Shown one piece after another: positions 1 to 10,403 of a DNA stretch of 64,000 nt. A program made the position numbers and the translations under genes. The stretch is taken from NCBI GenBank assembly GCA_023257625.1, contig JALRBW010000004.1, positions 57,560 through 121,559 of the forward strand, in the 5' to 3' direction. The stretch's first letter is position 1. Each line of letters begins with the position of its first letter. The notes under the pieces were generated by a model, which ran no database searches, had not been told where the DNA came from, and was given only the letters and a program-made list of their open reading frames with translations. The stretch comes from Flavobacteriaceae bacterium (lineage in GTDB: Bacteria > Bacteroidota > Bacteroidia > Flavobacteriales > Flavobacteriaceae).

Positions 1-410
1 ACCGCAAGTGCATCACATCGTTCGTTTTGTGGATGATGGTTGTGTCCCTTAATCCATATAAAACGGACATTATGTTTTCTAAAGGAGAATAAAAATCGTT
101 TCCATAAATCAACATTTTTTTTTCCCTTAAATCCTTTTTTTTCCCAATTAAAAACCCAACTTTTTTCTACAGCATCAACTACATACTTTGAATCGGAAAA
201 AACGGTAACCTCCATTGGGGCCTTTTTTAATACTTCAAGTCCAATAATAACTGCTAATAACTCCATTCTATTATTTGTCGTTCGTGAATACCCTGCAGAA
301 AATTCCTTTTGGTAACCTTTACCCGTCCATTCTAAAATTATTCCGTATCCTCCAGGGCCAGGATTTCCCAATGACGAACCATCTGTATAGAGGTTAACCT
401 TTTTATCCAT
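1..410 (-). CDS. rnhA: Ribonuclease HI (C-terminal end cut off by window edge)
   Basis: Absent from the ORF track because no stop lies in the window. Reverse complement from ATG at 410-408 reads MDKKVNLYTDGSSLGNPGPGGYGIILEW... and ends ...KGHNHHPQNERCDALA, the RNase H catalytic-core pattern. The + strand ORF 40-315 is antisense to it. Confidence 0.85.
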   Translation of the reverse strand, partial: MDKKVNLYTDGSSLGNPGPGGYGIILEWTGKGYQKEFSAGYSRTTNNRMELLAVIIGLEVLKKAPMEVTVFSDSKYVVDAVEKSWVFNWEKKGFKGKKNVDLWKRFLFSFRKHNVRFIWIKGHNHHPQNERCDALA

Positions 411-411
411 T

Positions 412-981
412 CTACTGTTCATAAATTAAAGCAGCAATTACTTTAGGAAAATGCTCATATTCAAGCGCGTGTACTTTAGCCGCAATCTGCTCAACGTCGT
501 CTGATGCATCCAAGGTTACTTTTGCTTGATGAATATAAGCTCCCTTATCATATTCTTCATTAACATAATGAATAGTGATTCCCGATTCTTGTTCTCCATT
601 TTCTTTTACTGCAAGATGAACATGATTTCCATACATCCCTTTTCCACCATATTTTGGTAATAATGCAGGGTGAATATTTATTATTTGATTAGGAAAATGG
701 GCGATCCATTCAGGACCTATCTTCCATAAAAATCCGGCCAAAACAATCAAATCAGGATTTAATAATTGGACTTCTTCAAGTAAATTTCCATTGGAGAATT
801 CTTTTTTAGAAAATATTCTAACCTCTATGCCTAGCCTAAGACTTCTTTCTATAACACCTGCCTGAGGATTATTTGTGAACACCCCAAGCCATTTGACTTT
901 TTTATCATGTTCAAAAAAACGCACAATATTTTCGACATTCGTTCCGTTACCTGATGCAAAAAACAAAATTTTTTTTACCAT
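412..981 (-). CDS. purN: Phosphoribosylglycinamide formyltransferase
   Basis: 189 aa. N-terminal FFASGNGTN and the INIHPALLPKYGG formyltransferase motif. Confidence 0.9.
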   Translation of the reverse strand: MVKKILFFASGNGTNVENIVRFFEHDKKVKWLGVFTNNPQAGVIERSLRLGIEVRIFSKKEFSNGNLLEEVQLLNPDLIVLAGFLWKIGPEWIAHFPNQIINIHPALLPKYGGKGMYGNHVHLAVKENGEQESGITIHYVNEEYDKGAYIHQAKVTLDASDDVEQIAAKVHALEYEHFPKVIAALIYEQ

Positions 982-1094
982 TAGCTCTACATTTCAATGG
1001 CTAAAGATAAGGTATTGCCAGAAAGGTCTTTTTTAGGGCACATCAAAAATTTGCAGAATTCAATTACTAATTATTGTATTCCTTTAAAGTTTTA

Positions 1095-1102
1095 TACTTT
1101 TG
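1095..1102 (+). promoter_or_regulatory. Bacteroidota-type -7 promoter box (TACTTTTG, consensus TAnnTTTG) upstream of acpP
   Basis: Exact match to TAnnTTTG, 32 nt upstream of the acpP ATG, in a 150-nt intergenic region. Confidence 0.4.
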
Positions 1103-1133
1103 TCATTACATTTAATATCAAATTAAACTTATT

Positions 1134-1367
1134 ATGTCAGACATTTCTGCAAGAGTAAAAGCCATCATAGTTGATAAACTAGGGGTGGATGAAAATGAAG
1201 TTGTTGATGATGCAAGCTTTACTAATGATTTAGGAGCTGATTCACTGGATACCGTGGAGTTAATCATGGAATTCGAAAAAGAATTTGACATTCAAATTCC
1301 TGATGACCAAGCAGAAAATATTTCTACTGTAGGTCAAGCCATTAAATTTATTGAACAAGCTGAGTAA
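1134..1367 (+). CDS. acpP: Acyl carrier protein
   Basis: 77 aa with [16 protein letters not shown] (phosphopantetheine Ser in DSLD). Confidence 0.95.
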   Translation: MSDISARVKAIIVDKLGVDENEVVDDASFTNDLGADSLDTVELIMEFEKEFDIQIPDDQAENISTVGQAIKFIEQAE

Positions 1368-1376
1368 TTAGGGTTT

Positions 1377-2627
1377 ATGGAACCAAGACGCGTAGTCGTT
1401 ACCGGATTGGGAGCCTTAACACCCATTGGAAACACCCTCTCAGCATATTGGGAGGGCTTGTTATCAGGTACAAGCGGAGCTGCTCCAATTACCTATTTTG
1501 ATCCAGCTCTTTTCAAAACCCAATTTGCATGCGAATTAAAAGGGTTTGACCCCTTAGATTATTTTGATCGTAAAGAAGTAAGAAAATACGATAGATTTGC
1601 TCAATATGCCTTAGTCTCAGTTGAGGAAGCACTTCAAGATGCACATCTTGACTTAGATGCACTTGACAAGGATCGTGTTGGTGTTATTTGGGGTGCCGGT
1701 ATAGGTGGTCTTGAAACGTTTCAAAATGAAGTACTTGAATTTGCTGCTTCTGAAGAGAATCCAAGATTTAACCCCTTCTTTATTCCGAAAATGATTGCCG
1801 ATATTGCTCCTGGGTTAATTTCAATAAAATACGGTTTTAGAGGCCCTAATTTTGCAACTGTTTCTGCTTGTGCCTCATCTTCAAATGCGATGATAGATGC
1901 TCTAAATTATATACGTTTAGGATATGCAGATATTATTATTACAGGTGGGTCAGAAGCTGCTGTTACAAAAGCAGGAATTGGTGGATTTAATGCTATGCAT
2001 GCGTTATCAAAAAGAAATGATGATCCAAAAACTGCTTCTCGTCCTTTTGATAAAGACAGAGATGGATTTGTTCTAGGTGAAGGTGCAGGTGCGTTAGTTT
2101 TTGAATCCTATGAACATGCTAAAGCTAGAGATGCAACCATTTACGCTGAAATTGCTGGTGGTGGATTATCTGCTGATGCTTATCATATGACAGCTCCTCA
2201 CCCTGACGGACATGGAGCTATTAAAGTAATGGAAAATTGCTTGCGTGATGCCAACTTAAAAACTACTGATGTAGATGCTATCAATATGCACGGTACTTCA
2301 ACCCCTTTAGGAGATATTGCAGAATCCAATGCCATTTTACAAGTGTTTAAAGAGCATACATACAAATTGAATATCAATTCAACTAAGTCTATGACAGGCC
2401 ATCTCTTGGGGGCAGCAGGAGCTGTAGAAGCAATTGCCTCAATTTTAAGCATAAAACACAGTATGGTTCCCCCAACCATCAATCATCAAACAGCAGATGA
2501 AAATATTGATCCAAAAATCAATTTTACCTTTCATAAAGCGCAAAAAAGAGAGGTAAATGTAGCACTTTCTAACACCTTTGGGTTTGGAGGACACAATGCC
2601 TGTGTCTTGTTTAAAAAGATATATTAA
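1377..2627 (+). CDS. fabF: Beta-ketoacyl-ACP synthase II
   Basis: 416 aa. Active-site Cys in TVSACASS, His motifs HGTSTPLGD and GHLLGAAG. Lies immediately after acpP. Confidence 0.95.
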   Translation: MEPRRVVVTGLGALTPIGNTLSAYWEGLLSGTSGAAPITYFDPALFKTQFACELKGFDPLDYFDRKEVRKYDRFAQYALVSVEEALQDAHLDLDALDKDRVGVIWGAGIGGLETFQNEVLEFAASEENPRFNPFFIPKMIADIAPGLISIKYGFRGPNFATVSACASSSNAMIDALNYIRLGYADIIITGGSEAAVTKAGIGGFNAMHALSKRNDDPKTASRPFDKDRDGFVLGEGAGALVFESYEHAKARDATIYAEIAGGGLSADAYHMTAPHPDGHGAIKVMENCLRDANLKTTDVDAINMHGTSTPLGDIAESNAILQVFKEHTYKLNINSTKSMTGHLLGAAGAVEAIASILSIKHSMVPPTINHQTADENIDPKINFTFHKAQKREVNVALSNTFGFGGHNACVLFKKIY

Positions 2628-2633
2628 AACCCA

Positions 2634-3380
2634 GTGAAAATTTTACACTATTTCAAATATCCCCGAAAACAAACCACCGGGGATTTTTTTATTCAGCTCC
2701 ATAAAAAACTTGGAATTAAACCAAAAAAAAAGACCCTTTATAAAGAAGCCTTTACCCATAGTTCAGTAAACTTAAAAAATGATAAGGGTAATTCTTTAAA
2801 TTATGAACGTTTAGAATTTTTAGGTGATTCACTATTAAATACTATTATAGCTGAATATTTGTTTTTTAGGTTTCCCGAATCAAAAGAAGGGGCATTAACT
2901 AAGTTAAGAGCTAAAATTGTAAGTAGAAAACAATTGAATTTTATAGGAAAAGAAATGGGACTTATAGAACTTGCCACATTGGCCCCACGTCATTCTCAAA
3001 CAGGGGATAATATTCATGGTAATTTAGTTGAAGCTCTTGTTGGAGCATTATTTGTTGACCAAGGATACCAAAAAACAAAAGCTTTTATCCTGCAATATAT
3101 TGTTGATCCCTTTATTGATATTGAAAATTTAGAGGCTATCGTTTTAAGTTACAAAGCACTTTTAATTGAATGGGGGCAAAAGGAAAAGAAAAAAATATAC
3201 TTTGAAACTTCAAGTGATAATGGCCTTGATCCAAATGTAAATTATTCATGCCAAATTTTAATTGAAGATAATGCTATTGCTAAAGCAAGGGCACTATCTA
3301 AAAAAAAGGCTGAGGAAAAAGCAGCACGAATTGCTACCCACGCTTTAAAAATTAAACGACTCCCTATAAATGGCCATTAA
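2634..3380 (+). CDS. rnc: Ribonuclease III
   Basis: RNase III signature ERLEFLGDS and a C-terminal dsRBD-like KKAEEKAA. GTG start taken from the ORF track. Confidence 0.9.
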   Translation: MKILHYFKYPRKQTTGDFFIQLHKKLGIKPKKKTLYKEAFTHSSVNLKNDKGNSLNYERLEFLGDSLLNTIIAEYLFFRFPESKEGALTKLRAKIVSRKQLNFIGKEMGLIELATLAPRHSQTGDNIHGNLVEALVGALFVDQGYQKTKAFILQYIVDPFIDIENLEAIVLSYKALLIEWGQKEKKKIYFETSSDNGLDPNVNYSCQILIEDNAIAKARALSKKKAEEKAARIATHALKIKRLPINGH

Positions 3381-3843
3381 AAGACACTTTTTGACTTTAG
3401 AGGAAGACGCTAAAACGCTTTATGTTACGGCCATTCATAGTGAAGCAGAAGATTACCAGCTTGCTTTTAATTTAAACAAACGATTTAATACCTTTTTTAA
3501 GCGAAGTAAACAAGACATTTGCAACTCTCAAAAGATTTTTTTTTCTCGTTTTATCTGGGAAAATCATGCTTATGATACTCAATTCACCCTACTTTCTAAT
3601 AAAAAGCAAATCGAAACTACAGTTCCCTCAATAAATAATAACGCATTATTTGACCTTCCTGTAAGAAATCAAGTATATTTGTTTCCTGAATTTAAACAGG
3701 TTGATTTTTTTATAGTATCTAATGATCAAACCGCTAAAGAGGCACTTTTTGAGTCACTAAAATTACTACCCATAGTTTCAACGGCATATCCAGTGTCTGT
3801 AGCCCAATTTAAAAATCGATCCCATCTAATTTTTGATTCATGA
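3370..3843 (+). CDS. IPExxxVDY family protein (function unknown)
   Basis: 157 aa. The family-defining motif appears as FPEFKQVDF (nt 3682-3708). Overlaps rnc by 11 nt and pyk by 4 nt (ATGA). Confidence 0.7.
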   Translation: MAIKRHFLTLEEDAKTLYVTAIHSEAEDYQLAFNLNKRFNTFFKRSKQDICNSQKIFFSRFIWENHAYDTQFTLLSNKKQIETTVPSINNNALFDLPVRNQVYLFPEFKQVDFFIVSNDQTAKEALFESLKLLPIVSTAYPVSVAQFKNRSHLIFDS

Positions 3844-5267
3844 ATTCAATAAAAAAAACTAAAATAGTTGCAACCTTAGGACCTGCAACTTCATCTGAAG
3901 AGGTTCTTGAAAAAATGATAGTTGCTGGGGTTAATGTTTTTCGAATCAATTTTTCACATGCAGATTATGATGATGTTGCCCAACGGATTCAAATGATTCG
4001 AAATGTTGACCAAAAGCTAAATACCAATACCGCTATTTTGGGAGATTTACAAGGTCCTAAATTACGTGTTGGAAAAATGGAAGAAGGAGCAGTTGTTCAT
4101 CCAGGTGATGAGGTAGTTTTTTTAACTGATACCCCCTTTGTTGGCAGTGCAAAAAAGGCCTACATGAATTATCAAAATTTTCCAAAAGATGTTTCACCAG
4201 GTGAGCGAATTTTATTAGATGATGGGAAGTTAATTTTTGAAGTAAAAGAAACCAACAAATCAAATGAAGTAAAAGCAGTTGTTATTCAAGGAGGTGCGTT
4301 TAAATCAAATAAAGGTGTCAATTTGCCAAATACTAATATTTCATTGCCTGCACTAACAGAAAAAGACATTGAAGATGCAAAATTTATGTTTACGCAGGAT
4401 GTCGATTGGATTGCACTTTCTTTTGTTCGCCATAGTCAAGATTTAATTGACCTTCAAGAGTTAATGGAAAAGCATACTGAGGTTAAAATTCCTATAATAG
4501 CAAAAATTGAAAAACCCGAGGCTATTGAAAATATTGATAAAATCATTGCGTATTGTGATGGCCTAATGGTTGCACGTGGTGATTTGGGAGTAGAAGTACC
4601 AGCAGAAGAAGTGCCTTTAATTCAGAAACGTTTAGTGCTTTTAGCTAAAAAAGCTCGTATTCCTGTAATTATTGCTACCCAAATGATGGAAACTATGATC
4701 GATAGTCTTACTCCTACTCGAGCGGAAGTGAATGATGTAGCTAACTCTGTAATGGATGGCGCTGATGCTGTTATGCTTTCAGGAGAAACGTCAGTGGGTA
4801 AATATCCAGTAGAAGTGATTAAAACGATGTCAAACATCCTGAAATCTGTTGAAAATTCTGAATTAATTCGGGTACCTCAAGAACCACCTACCCTTCGTAC
4901 CAAAAGGTTTATTACAAAATCTATTTGTTATCATGCAGCTCACTTAGCAAATGATATCAAAGCTATGGCAATTTGTACCTTAACCAATAGTGGGTATACA
5001 GCTTATCAAATATCAGCATGGAGACCTTTAGCGCATGTCTTGGTATTTACATCAAATAGACGTATTCTCAACCAATTAAACTTACTTTGGGGTGTGAAAG
5101 CCTTTTATTACGACAATCTTAAAAGTACTGATAAAACTGTGGAAGAAATCAACAATATTGCTTTAGAAAAAGGATATGTTGAAAAAGAAGATATGTTAGT
5201 GAATTTAACAGCTATGCCCATAGAATCTAGAGGGATGGTTAATACCCTTCGTGTGTCAATAGTTTAG
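3840..5267 (+). CDS. pyk: Pyruvate kinase
   Basis: 475 aa with KIVATLGPAT, MVARGDLGVE and TQMMETM motifs. Confidence 0.95.
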   Translation: MNSIKKTKIVATLGPATSSEEVLEKMIVAGVNVFRINFSHADYDDVAQRIQMIRNVDQKLNTNTAILGDLQGPKLRVGKMEEGAVVHPGDEVVFLTDTPFVGSAKKAYMNYQNFPKDVSPGERILLDDGKLIFEVKETNKSNEVKAVVIQGGAFKSNKGVNLPNTNISLPALTEKDIEDAKFMFTQDVDWIALSFVRHSQDLIDLQELMEKHTEVKIPIIAKIEKPEAIENIDKIIAYCDGLMVARGDLGVEVPAEEVPLIQKRLVLLAKKARIPVIIATQMMETMIDSLTPTRAEVNDVANSVMDGADAVMLSGETSVGKYPVEVIKTMSNILKSVENSELIRVPQEPPTLRTKRFITKSICYHAAHLANDIKAMAICTLTNSGYTAYQISAWRPLAHVLVFTSNRRILNQLNLLWGVKAFYYDNLKSTDKTVEEINNIALEKGYVEKEDMLVNLTAMPIESRGMVNTLRVSIV

Positions 5268-6359
5268 TTAAAAAGGAATTACCAGTTGAGGAGAATTTTT
5301 TACAGAAATTGACTCTTTTTTTGGCGTTGCTCTTGTGTTTAGATTTGAAACAGAAATTCCAATTAAACGAACAGAATTCTGTAATTTTTCTTGATAAAGT
5401 AGTTCTTTAGCTTTATCAAAAAGTAGCTCTTTTGAAGACATATTATAATCGCCAGTTTTGCTTCGCGTGTGTATTTTAAAATCGCTGTATTTTAATTTAA
5501 GAGTGAGGGTTTTTCCTGATACATAATTTTTTTTTAATCTTGATTCTAAAAGCGATGAGAGTGTTTTCAGTTTATCTTCCAAAAATAATTCGCTGCTTAA
5601 ATTGGATTCAAATGTTTTTTCTACACCAACTGATTTGGGTATTCTAGAGGGTCTTACGGGACTATTATGGATGCCCCTAACTACGTTATAATAATGCATT
5701 CCTGCTTTACCAAAATGTATTGATAAAAATTCTGCTGATTGCGCTTTTAAATCTTTTCCAGTATAAATGCCGAGCTTATACATTTTTAATTTTGTCTTGG
5801 CGCCTATTCCTTGAAACTTTTTTACATCAAGCGATTCAAGAAAGGGTAAAATCTCATTAGGAGATAATGTTTTTTGTCCATTCGGTTTGTTCCAATCACT
5901 CGCAATTTTTGCTAAAAACTTATTAGTAGAAATTCCTGCTGAGGCTGTTAATCCCGTTTTAGAAAAAATTTTTTCTCTTATTTCAGTGGCAATAAGCGTA
6001 GCAGAAGAGGTTCCAGAAACATCCAAATAGGCTTCATCAAGAGAGAGCGGCTCAACCATTGCTGTATATTCGTGAAATATAGCTCGAATTTGATTTGAAA
6101 TTTCTTTATATCGATCAAAACGTGGTTTTGCAAATATTAAATGAGGACATAACGATTTCGCTATTGCCCCACTCATTGCACTTCGCACACCATGTTTTCT
6201 AGCTTCATAACTTGCAGCAGCCACCACGCCTCTAGTTCCTCCACCACCAACGGCTATAGCTTTTCCTTTCCAAGCAGGGTGATCAAGTTGCTCTACTGAG
6301 GCAAAAAAAGCATCCATATCAATATGAATTATTTTGCGTGTAGTAAGTTGTTCCTGCAT
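5268..6359 (-). CDS. dinB: DNA polymerase IV (Y-family)
   Basis: HIDMDAFFASVE and SLDEAYLDV catalytic motifs. Confidence 0.92.
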   Translation of the reverse strand: MQEQLTTRKIIHIDMDAFFASVEQLDHPAWKGKAIAVGGGGTRGVVAAASYEARKHGVRSAMSGAIAKSLCPHLIFAKPRFDRYKEISNQIRAIFHEYTAMVEPLSLDEAYLDVSGTSSATLIATEIREKIFSKTGLTASAGISTNKFLAKIASDWNKPNGQKTLSPNEILPFLESLDVKKFQGIGAKTKLKMYKLGIYTGKDLKAQSAEFLSIHFGKAGMHYYNVVRGIHNSPVRPSRIPKSVGVEKTFESNLSSELFLEDKLKTLSSLLESRLKKNYVSGKTLTLKLKYSDFKIHTRSKTGDYNMSSKELLFDKAKELLYQEKLQNSVRLIGISVSNLNTRATPKKESISVKNSPQLVIPF

Positions 6360-6366
6360 TGAAGAA

Positions 6367-6698
6367 TTAAATTACATTGGTTAAATTGGATTTTGTGAAA
6401 TGATATTCATGTTCAATCGTACACACCCGAAGCTTATACCAAGCATAGGCTTTTTCTTTTCCAAAGTGTTGAGCTGCTTGATGTAGAGTATGTTTTTCCC
6501 ATTGGGCATTGGCATCTTTGCTTTCCCAATAGCTTATGGTAATTCCAGTACCCTCTTGATTTCGATAACTTTCCATTCCTAAAAATCTAGGTTGTTTGGT
6601 TACCTCCTTATGCAATTCGGTGGCAAATCCGTGATAGGTTAAATAATCTTTTCAGCTAATTGATTTATAAAAAACACTGCATATCCTTTTGCTTTCAT
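6367..6698 (-). pseudogene. Antibiotic-biosynthesis-monooxygenase (ABM) domain gene interrupted by a 1-nt frameshift
   Basis: ATG 6698-6696 opens MKAKGYAVFFINQLAEKII*, with its stop at 6641-6639. The 82-aa track ORF continues upstream in another frame as KDYLTYHGFATE(L)HKEV. The two frames join at the AAAA run 6649-6652. Confidence 0.7.
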
Positions 6699-7726
6699 TC
6701 GTCCTTATAAATTTTAACTGTTAATTCTCCTTGAGAGTTGATATGGGCACGATACATACCAGTAGTATTCATTTCCATCGCAATATTGCCTTTAGAATCA
6801 ATACCTATAATACCACCATCTCCTCCTAGCGCTCCCACTTTTTCATGAATTACTTGATAGGCTGCTTGTTCAATACCCAACCCTTTGTACTCCATTAAAG
6901 CGGAAATATCATGAGCCACTACAGAACGGATAAAAAATTCACCCCATCCAGTAGCAGAAATAGCACATGTAGCATTGTTGGCATACGTTCCCGCCCCAAT
7001 AATTGGAGCATCGCCAATTCTATTCCACTTTTTATTGGTCATTCCCCCTGTTGAAGTACCTGCTGCTAAATTTCCATGTTGATCAAGGGCTACACATCCT
7101 ACAGTACCCATACGTTGTTGAACTATAAAAGGATCTTTACTTTGTTCAATTAGACTTTGACGGTTAAGTTCAGCCTCTTTTACCCTTTTTAGAGAATTGA
7201 TTCTACGTTCAGTAAAAAAGTACTCTGAGGGTACCCATTCAAGTCCATGTAATTGTGCAAATTGATCTGCTCCTGCACCAGATAACATGACATGAGGTGA
7301 TTTTTCCATTACGGCAATAGCCGCTGAAATTGGATTTTTTACATGTTTAACTCCTGCTATGGCCCCGGCATCTAATGTTTCTCCATTCATAAAGGACGCA
7401 TCAAGTTCTATAGTTTCATCTGCTGTTAAAACAGCTCCCTTTCCTGCATTAAACAAGGGGGAGTCTTCCATAACATGAATTGTTTTTTCAACTGCTTCTT
7501 GACTTGTTCCGCCTTGCTTTAGAATTGAATACCCCACTTGAATGGCTTGGGTAAGGATTTTTCGGTAAGCTGCATCCATTTCAGCTGTCATTTCAGAACG
7601 CAAAAGTGTACCCGCACCCCCGTGTATTACTATTCCAAATGTTGGTGCAGAATCCTCCTTAATCTCAGCAGACTCTTTACATCCCGTTAAGAGGAGAAGG
7701 GCAAATAGATAGTATATCTTTTTCAT
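6695..7726 (-). CDS. Isoaspartyl peptidase / L-asparaginase (Ntn hydrolase), lipoprotein
   Basis: Lipobox LLLTGC. Autoprocessing nucleophile motif GTVGCVALD, plus HGGAG and GAGT motifs. Confidence 0.9.
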   Translation of the reverse strand: MKKIYYLFALLLLTGCKESAEIKEDSAPTFGIVIHGGAGTLLRSEMTAEMDAAYRKILTQAIQVGYSILKQGGTSQEAVEKTIHVMEDSPLFNAGKGAVLTADETIELDASFMNGETLDAGAIAGVKHVKNPISAAIAVMEKSPHVMLSGAGADQFAQLHGLEWVPSEYFFTERRINSLKRVKEAELNRQSLIEQSKDPFIVQQRMGTVGCVALDQHGNLAAGTSTGGMTNKKWNRIGDAPIIGAGTYANNATCAISATGWGEFFIRSVVAHDISALMEYKGLGIEQAAYQVIHEKVGALGGDGGIIGIDSKGNIAMEMNTTGMYRAHINSQGELTVKIYKDE

Positions 7727-7899
7727 TTGTGTTGTTTTAGTGATTGATTTGCGTTTTATTTCTCATTTTACTTCATTTATAAAAGTCAAAACAAGAACTA
7801 TTTCAATGTTTTTTTAAAGGTAACTTTTTGGTTTCATATCAACAATGGTTCATCCCTCTTTTGAAATCAACAAAATGGATTACTTTTACAAAAAAAAGT

Positions 7900-8334
7900 A
7901 TGTACGCCATTTTAAAATCTCTTCATTCCTTTTGGGCCATTTTAGTCTTTATTACCTTAATTTATGCCATTCTAAATGCCATAAAAGGACGATTTTCAAA
8001 TCAAGAGTTTGTTCAAAAAGACCTTCGATTAAGCCTTTTTGGGTTGATTTTTTCTCATACACAATTACTCATCGGGCTTTTTTTGTATTTTGTTTCTCCT
8101 TGGTTTGATCAATGGTCTGCCATTGGAATGGGTGTAATGAAAAACACAGAATCTAGACTGTATCTTGTTGAACATCCAATTGTTAACATACTCGCTATTA
8201 TTTTTATCACAATTGGATGGTCACTCCACAAAAGACAATCTTCATCTGCTAGAAAGTTTAATAGAATTTCCTTGTTTTATGGTTTAGGACTTCTATTATT
8301 ATTAAGTAGAATTCCTTGGGATTCCTGGATTTAA
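7900..8334 (+). CDS. Hypothetical integral membrane protein (about 4 TM helices)
   Basis: Hydrophobic segments are visible in the translation. Start moved to the internal ATG at 7900 (MYAILKSLHSFWAILVF). No recognisable family. Confidence 0.55.
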   Translation: MYAILKSLHSFWAILVFITLIYAILNAIKGRFSNQEFVQKDLRLSLFGLIFSHTQLLIGLFLYFVSPWFDQWSAIGMGVMKNTESRLYLVEHPIVNILAIIFITIGWSLHKRQSSSARKFNRISLFYGLGLLLLLSRIPWDSWI

Positions 8335-8356
8335 AAAACGTTAACAACTATACTAT

Positions 8357-9370
8357 TTGAAACTCATAAAACCTTGGGCCCCTAAGGATTCAATTGCTGT
8401 AATAGGAAGTGGCAGCTGGGCAACCGCATTAGTAAAAATATTCACTGATAGTAAACTTTTTGTTCATTGGTATATACATCGAGAAGAAGATGCAATTTAT
8501 ATAAAAAAGCACCTGAAAAATCCTAAATACCTTACATCGGTTAAATTTAAACGCAACCGTATAAAGGTAAGCCATAACTTAAATGAAACCTTAAACATTT
8601 GTTTATGGGTAGTTTTTGCTATTCCTTCAGCTTTTATTGAATCTATTTTAAAGACTATTGAAATAGACCTATCAAAAAAAATTATTGTTTCAGGGGTGAA
8701 AGGAATATTACCACAATCAAATAAACATTTAGGTGATTTTTTACGAGATGAATTTAACATTCCTTTATCTCAATTTATACTTATTGCTGGGCCAACACAT
8801 GCTGAAGAAATTGCCCTTGAACGTTTATCTTATCTTACACTTGTAAGTGAAAATGAATCAATAGCGGCCCAACTTCAAACTAAGCTAAATGTGCCTTATG
8901 TTCAATGCCACTACTCAGGTGATTTACTAGGCATAGAATATGCTTCCATTTTAAAAAATATTTATGCCATTGCCTCGGGTATTGCTTTCGGATTAGGGTA
9001 TGGAGATAATTTTCAAAGTGTACTAATAAGTAATTCTATGGGAGAAATGGAGCGTTTTTTATATGCTTTGAACCCCATAGAAAGGAGCCTTACAAAAAGT
9101 GCTTATTTAGGAGATTTACTTGTTACGGCATATTCTGCTTTTAGTAGAAATCGTAGGTTTGGAACTTTACTAGGCAGAGGCTATACTGTAAAAGGGATTC
9201 AATCGGAAATGCAAATGATTGCTGAAGGGTTTTTCGCTTTAAAACCTCTTTATTTACTTGCTCAAAACCAAAAACTTTCACTTCCCATTTTTTCTACTGT
9301 ATATGGAATTGTGCATGAAGGATTACCAGCTAAAAAAGGATTTAAATGGCTTACAAAAAAGCTCGTTTAA
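8357..9370 (+). CDS. gpsA: NAD(P)H-dependent glycerol-3-phosphate dehydrogenase
   Basis: Rossmann motif [12 protein letters not shown] and a GPTHAEE segment. TTG start from the ORF track. Confidence 0.85.
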   Translation: MKLIKPWAPKDSIAVIGSGSWATALVKIFTDSKLFVHWYIHREEDAIYIKKHLKNPKYLTSVKFKRNRIKVSHNLNETLNICLWVVFAIPSAFIESILKTIEIDLSKKIIVSGVKGILPQSNKHLGDFLRDEFNIPLSQFILIAGPTHAEEIALERLSYLTLVSENESIAAQLQTKLNVPYVQCHYSGDLLGIEYASILKNIYAIASGIAFGLGYGDNFQSVLISNSMGEMERFLYALNPIERSLTKSAYLGDLLVTAYSAFSRNRRFGTLLGRGYTVKGIQSEMQMIAEGFFALKPLYLLAQNQKLSLPIFSTVYGIVHEGLPAKKGFKWLTKKLV

Positions 9371-10383
9371 AGGGTCCCTTTGAATTGTTTTAAAAACCGA
9401 ATGTCGTTTTCAAAAAACAATCGAATATCACTAATTTGATACAACAGCATGGCGATGCGTTCGATTCCCATTCCAAAGGCAAATCCTGAATACTCATCCG
9501 GATCAATACCGCAATTTTTTAACACATTGGGGTCTACCATACCACACCCCATAATTTCAAGCCATCCGGTTCCTTTTGTAATTCGGTAATCCGTTTCGGT
9601 TTCTAGTCCCCAATAAATATCTACCTCAGCACTTGGCTCAGTAAAGGGAAAGTAGGAGGGACGCAGACGGATTTTTGAATTTCCAAAAAGCGATGCTGTG
9701 AAATATTCAAGGGTTTGTTTTAGATCTATAAAAGATACTTCTTTTGCAATATAAAGCCCCTCAATTTGATGAAAAATACAATGTGCTCTGGCAGAAATGG
9801 CTTCGTTACGAAACACACGTCCAGGAGAAATTGTACGAATAGGAGGCTGATTTTTTTCCATATATCTTACTTGTACCGAGGAGGTATGGGTTCGTAATAA
9901 AATATCAGGATTCGTTTGGACAAAGAAGGTATCCTGCATGTCTCGAGCAGGGTGGTACTCGGGTAAATTAAGCGCAGAAAAGTTGTGCCAATCATCTTCA
10001 ATTTCAGGACCTTCAGATACTGTAAATCCAATTTGAGTAAAAATATCGATGATTCTATTTTTGACTATAGATAGAGGATGTCGGTTTCCAGAAGGAATTG
10101 GAAAAGGTGTTCTTGTAGGGTCGGGGATTAATTGTTTACCTCCCTGATTTTGTATTTGAGCCTGAAGGTTTTTTACTTTATCATTTACCCCATTCTTAAG
10201 GGTATTTAATACTTGTCCGAATTCCTTTTTTTGATCTGCAGGAACATCGCGGAAAGCCGCAAAAAAATCATTTAGTAATCCCTTTTTTCCAGCATACTTA
10301 ACACGAAAAGATTCAATTTCTTTACTATCCAAACTTTGAAATGCTTCGACTTCACTTAAATGTTCTTTAATTTTTTCAATCAT
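9367..10383 (-). CDS. pheS: Phenylalanine--tRNA ligase alpha subunit
   Basis: Class II motifs [11 protein letters not shown] and [14 protein letters not shown]. Confidence 0.95.
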   Translation of the reverse strand: MIEKIKEHLSEVEAFQSLDSKEIESFRVKYAGKKGLLNDFFAAFRDVPADQKKEFGQVLNTLKNGVNDKVKNLQAQIQNQGGKQLIPDPTRTPFPIPSGNRHPLSIVKNRIIDIFTQIGFTVSEGPEIEDDWHNFSALNLPEYHPARDMQDTFFVQTNPDILLRTHTSSVQVRYMEKNQPPIRTISPGRVFRNEAISARAHCIFHQIEGLYIAKEVSFIDLKQTLEYFTASLFGNSKIRLRPSYFPFTEPSAEVDIYWGLETETDYRITKGTGWLEIMGCGMVDPNVLKNCGIDPDEYSGFAFGMGIERIAMLLYQISDIRLFFENDIRFLKQFKGTL

Positions 10384-10403
10384 AGTGCAAAAATAAAGTA
10401 GTT

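Noticed and set aside
40-315. 91-aa + strand ORF at the window start
   Set aside because: It is antisense to a clear RNase HI reading frame (MDKKVNLYTDGSSLGNPGPGGYG...) and has low-complexity F/S/T-rich content with no recognisable motif.
7845-8108. 87-aa ORF overlapping the 7900-8334 membrane-protein gene in another frame
   Set aside because: Same-strand overlap in AT-rich sequence. The longer frame encodes regular TM helices, while this frame does not continue.
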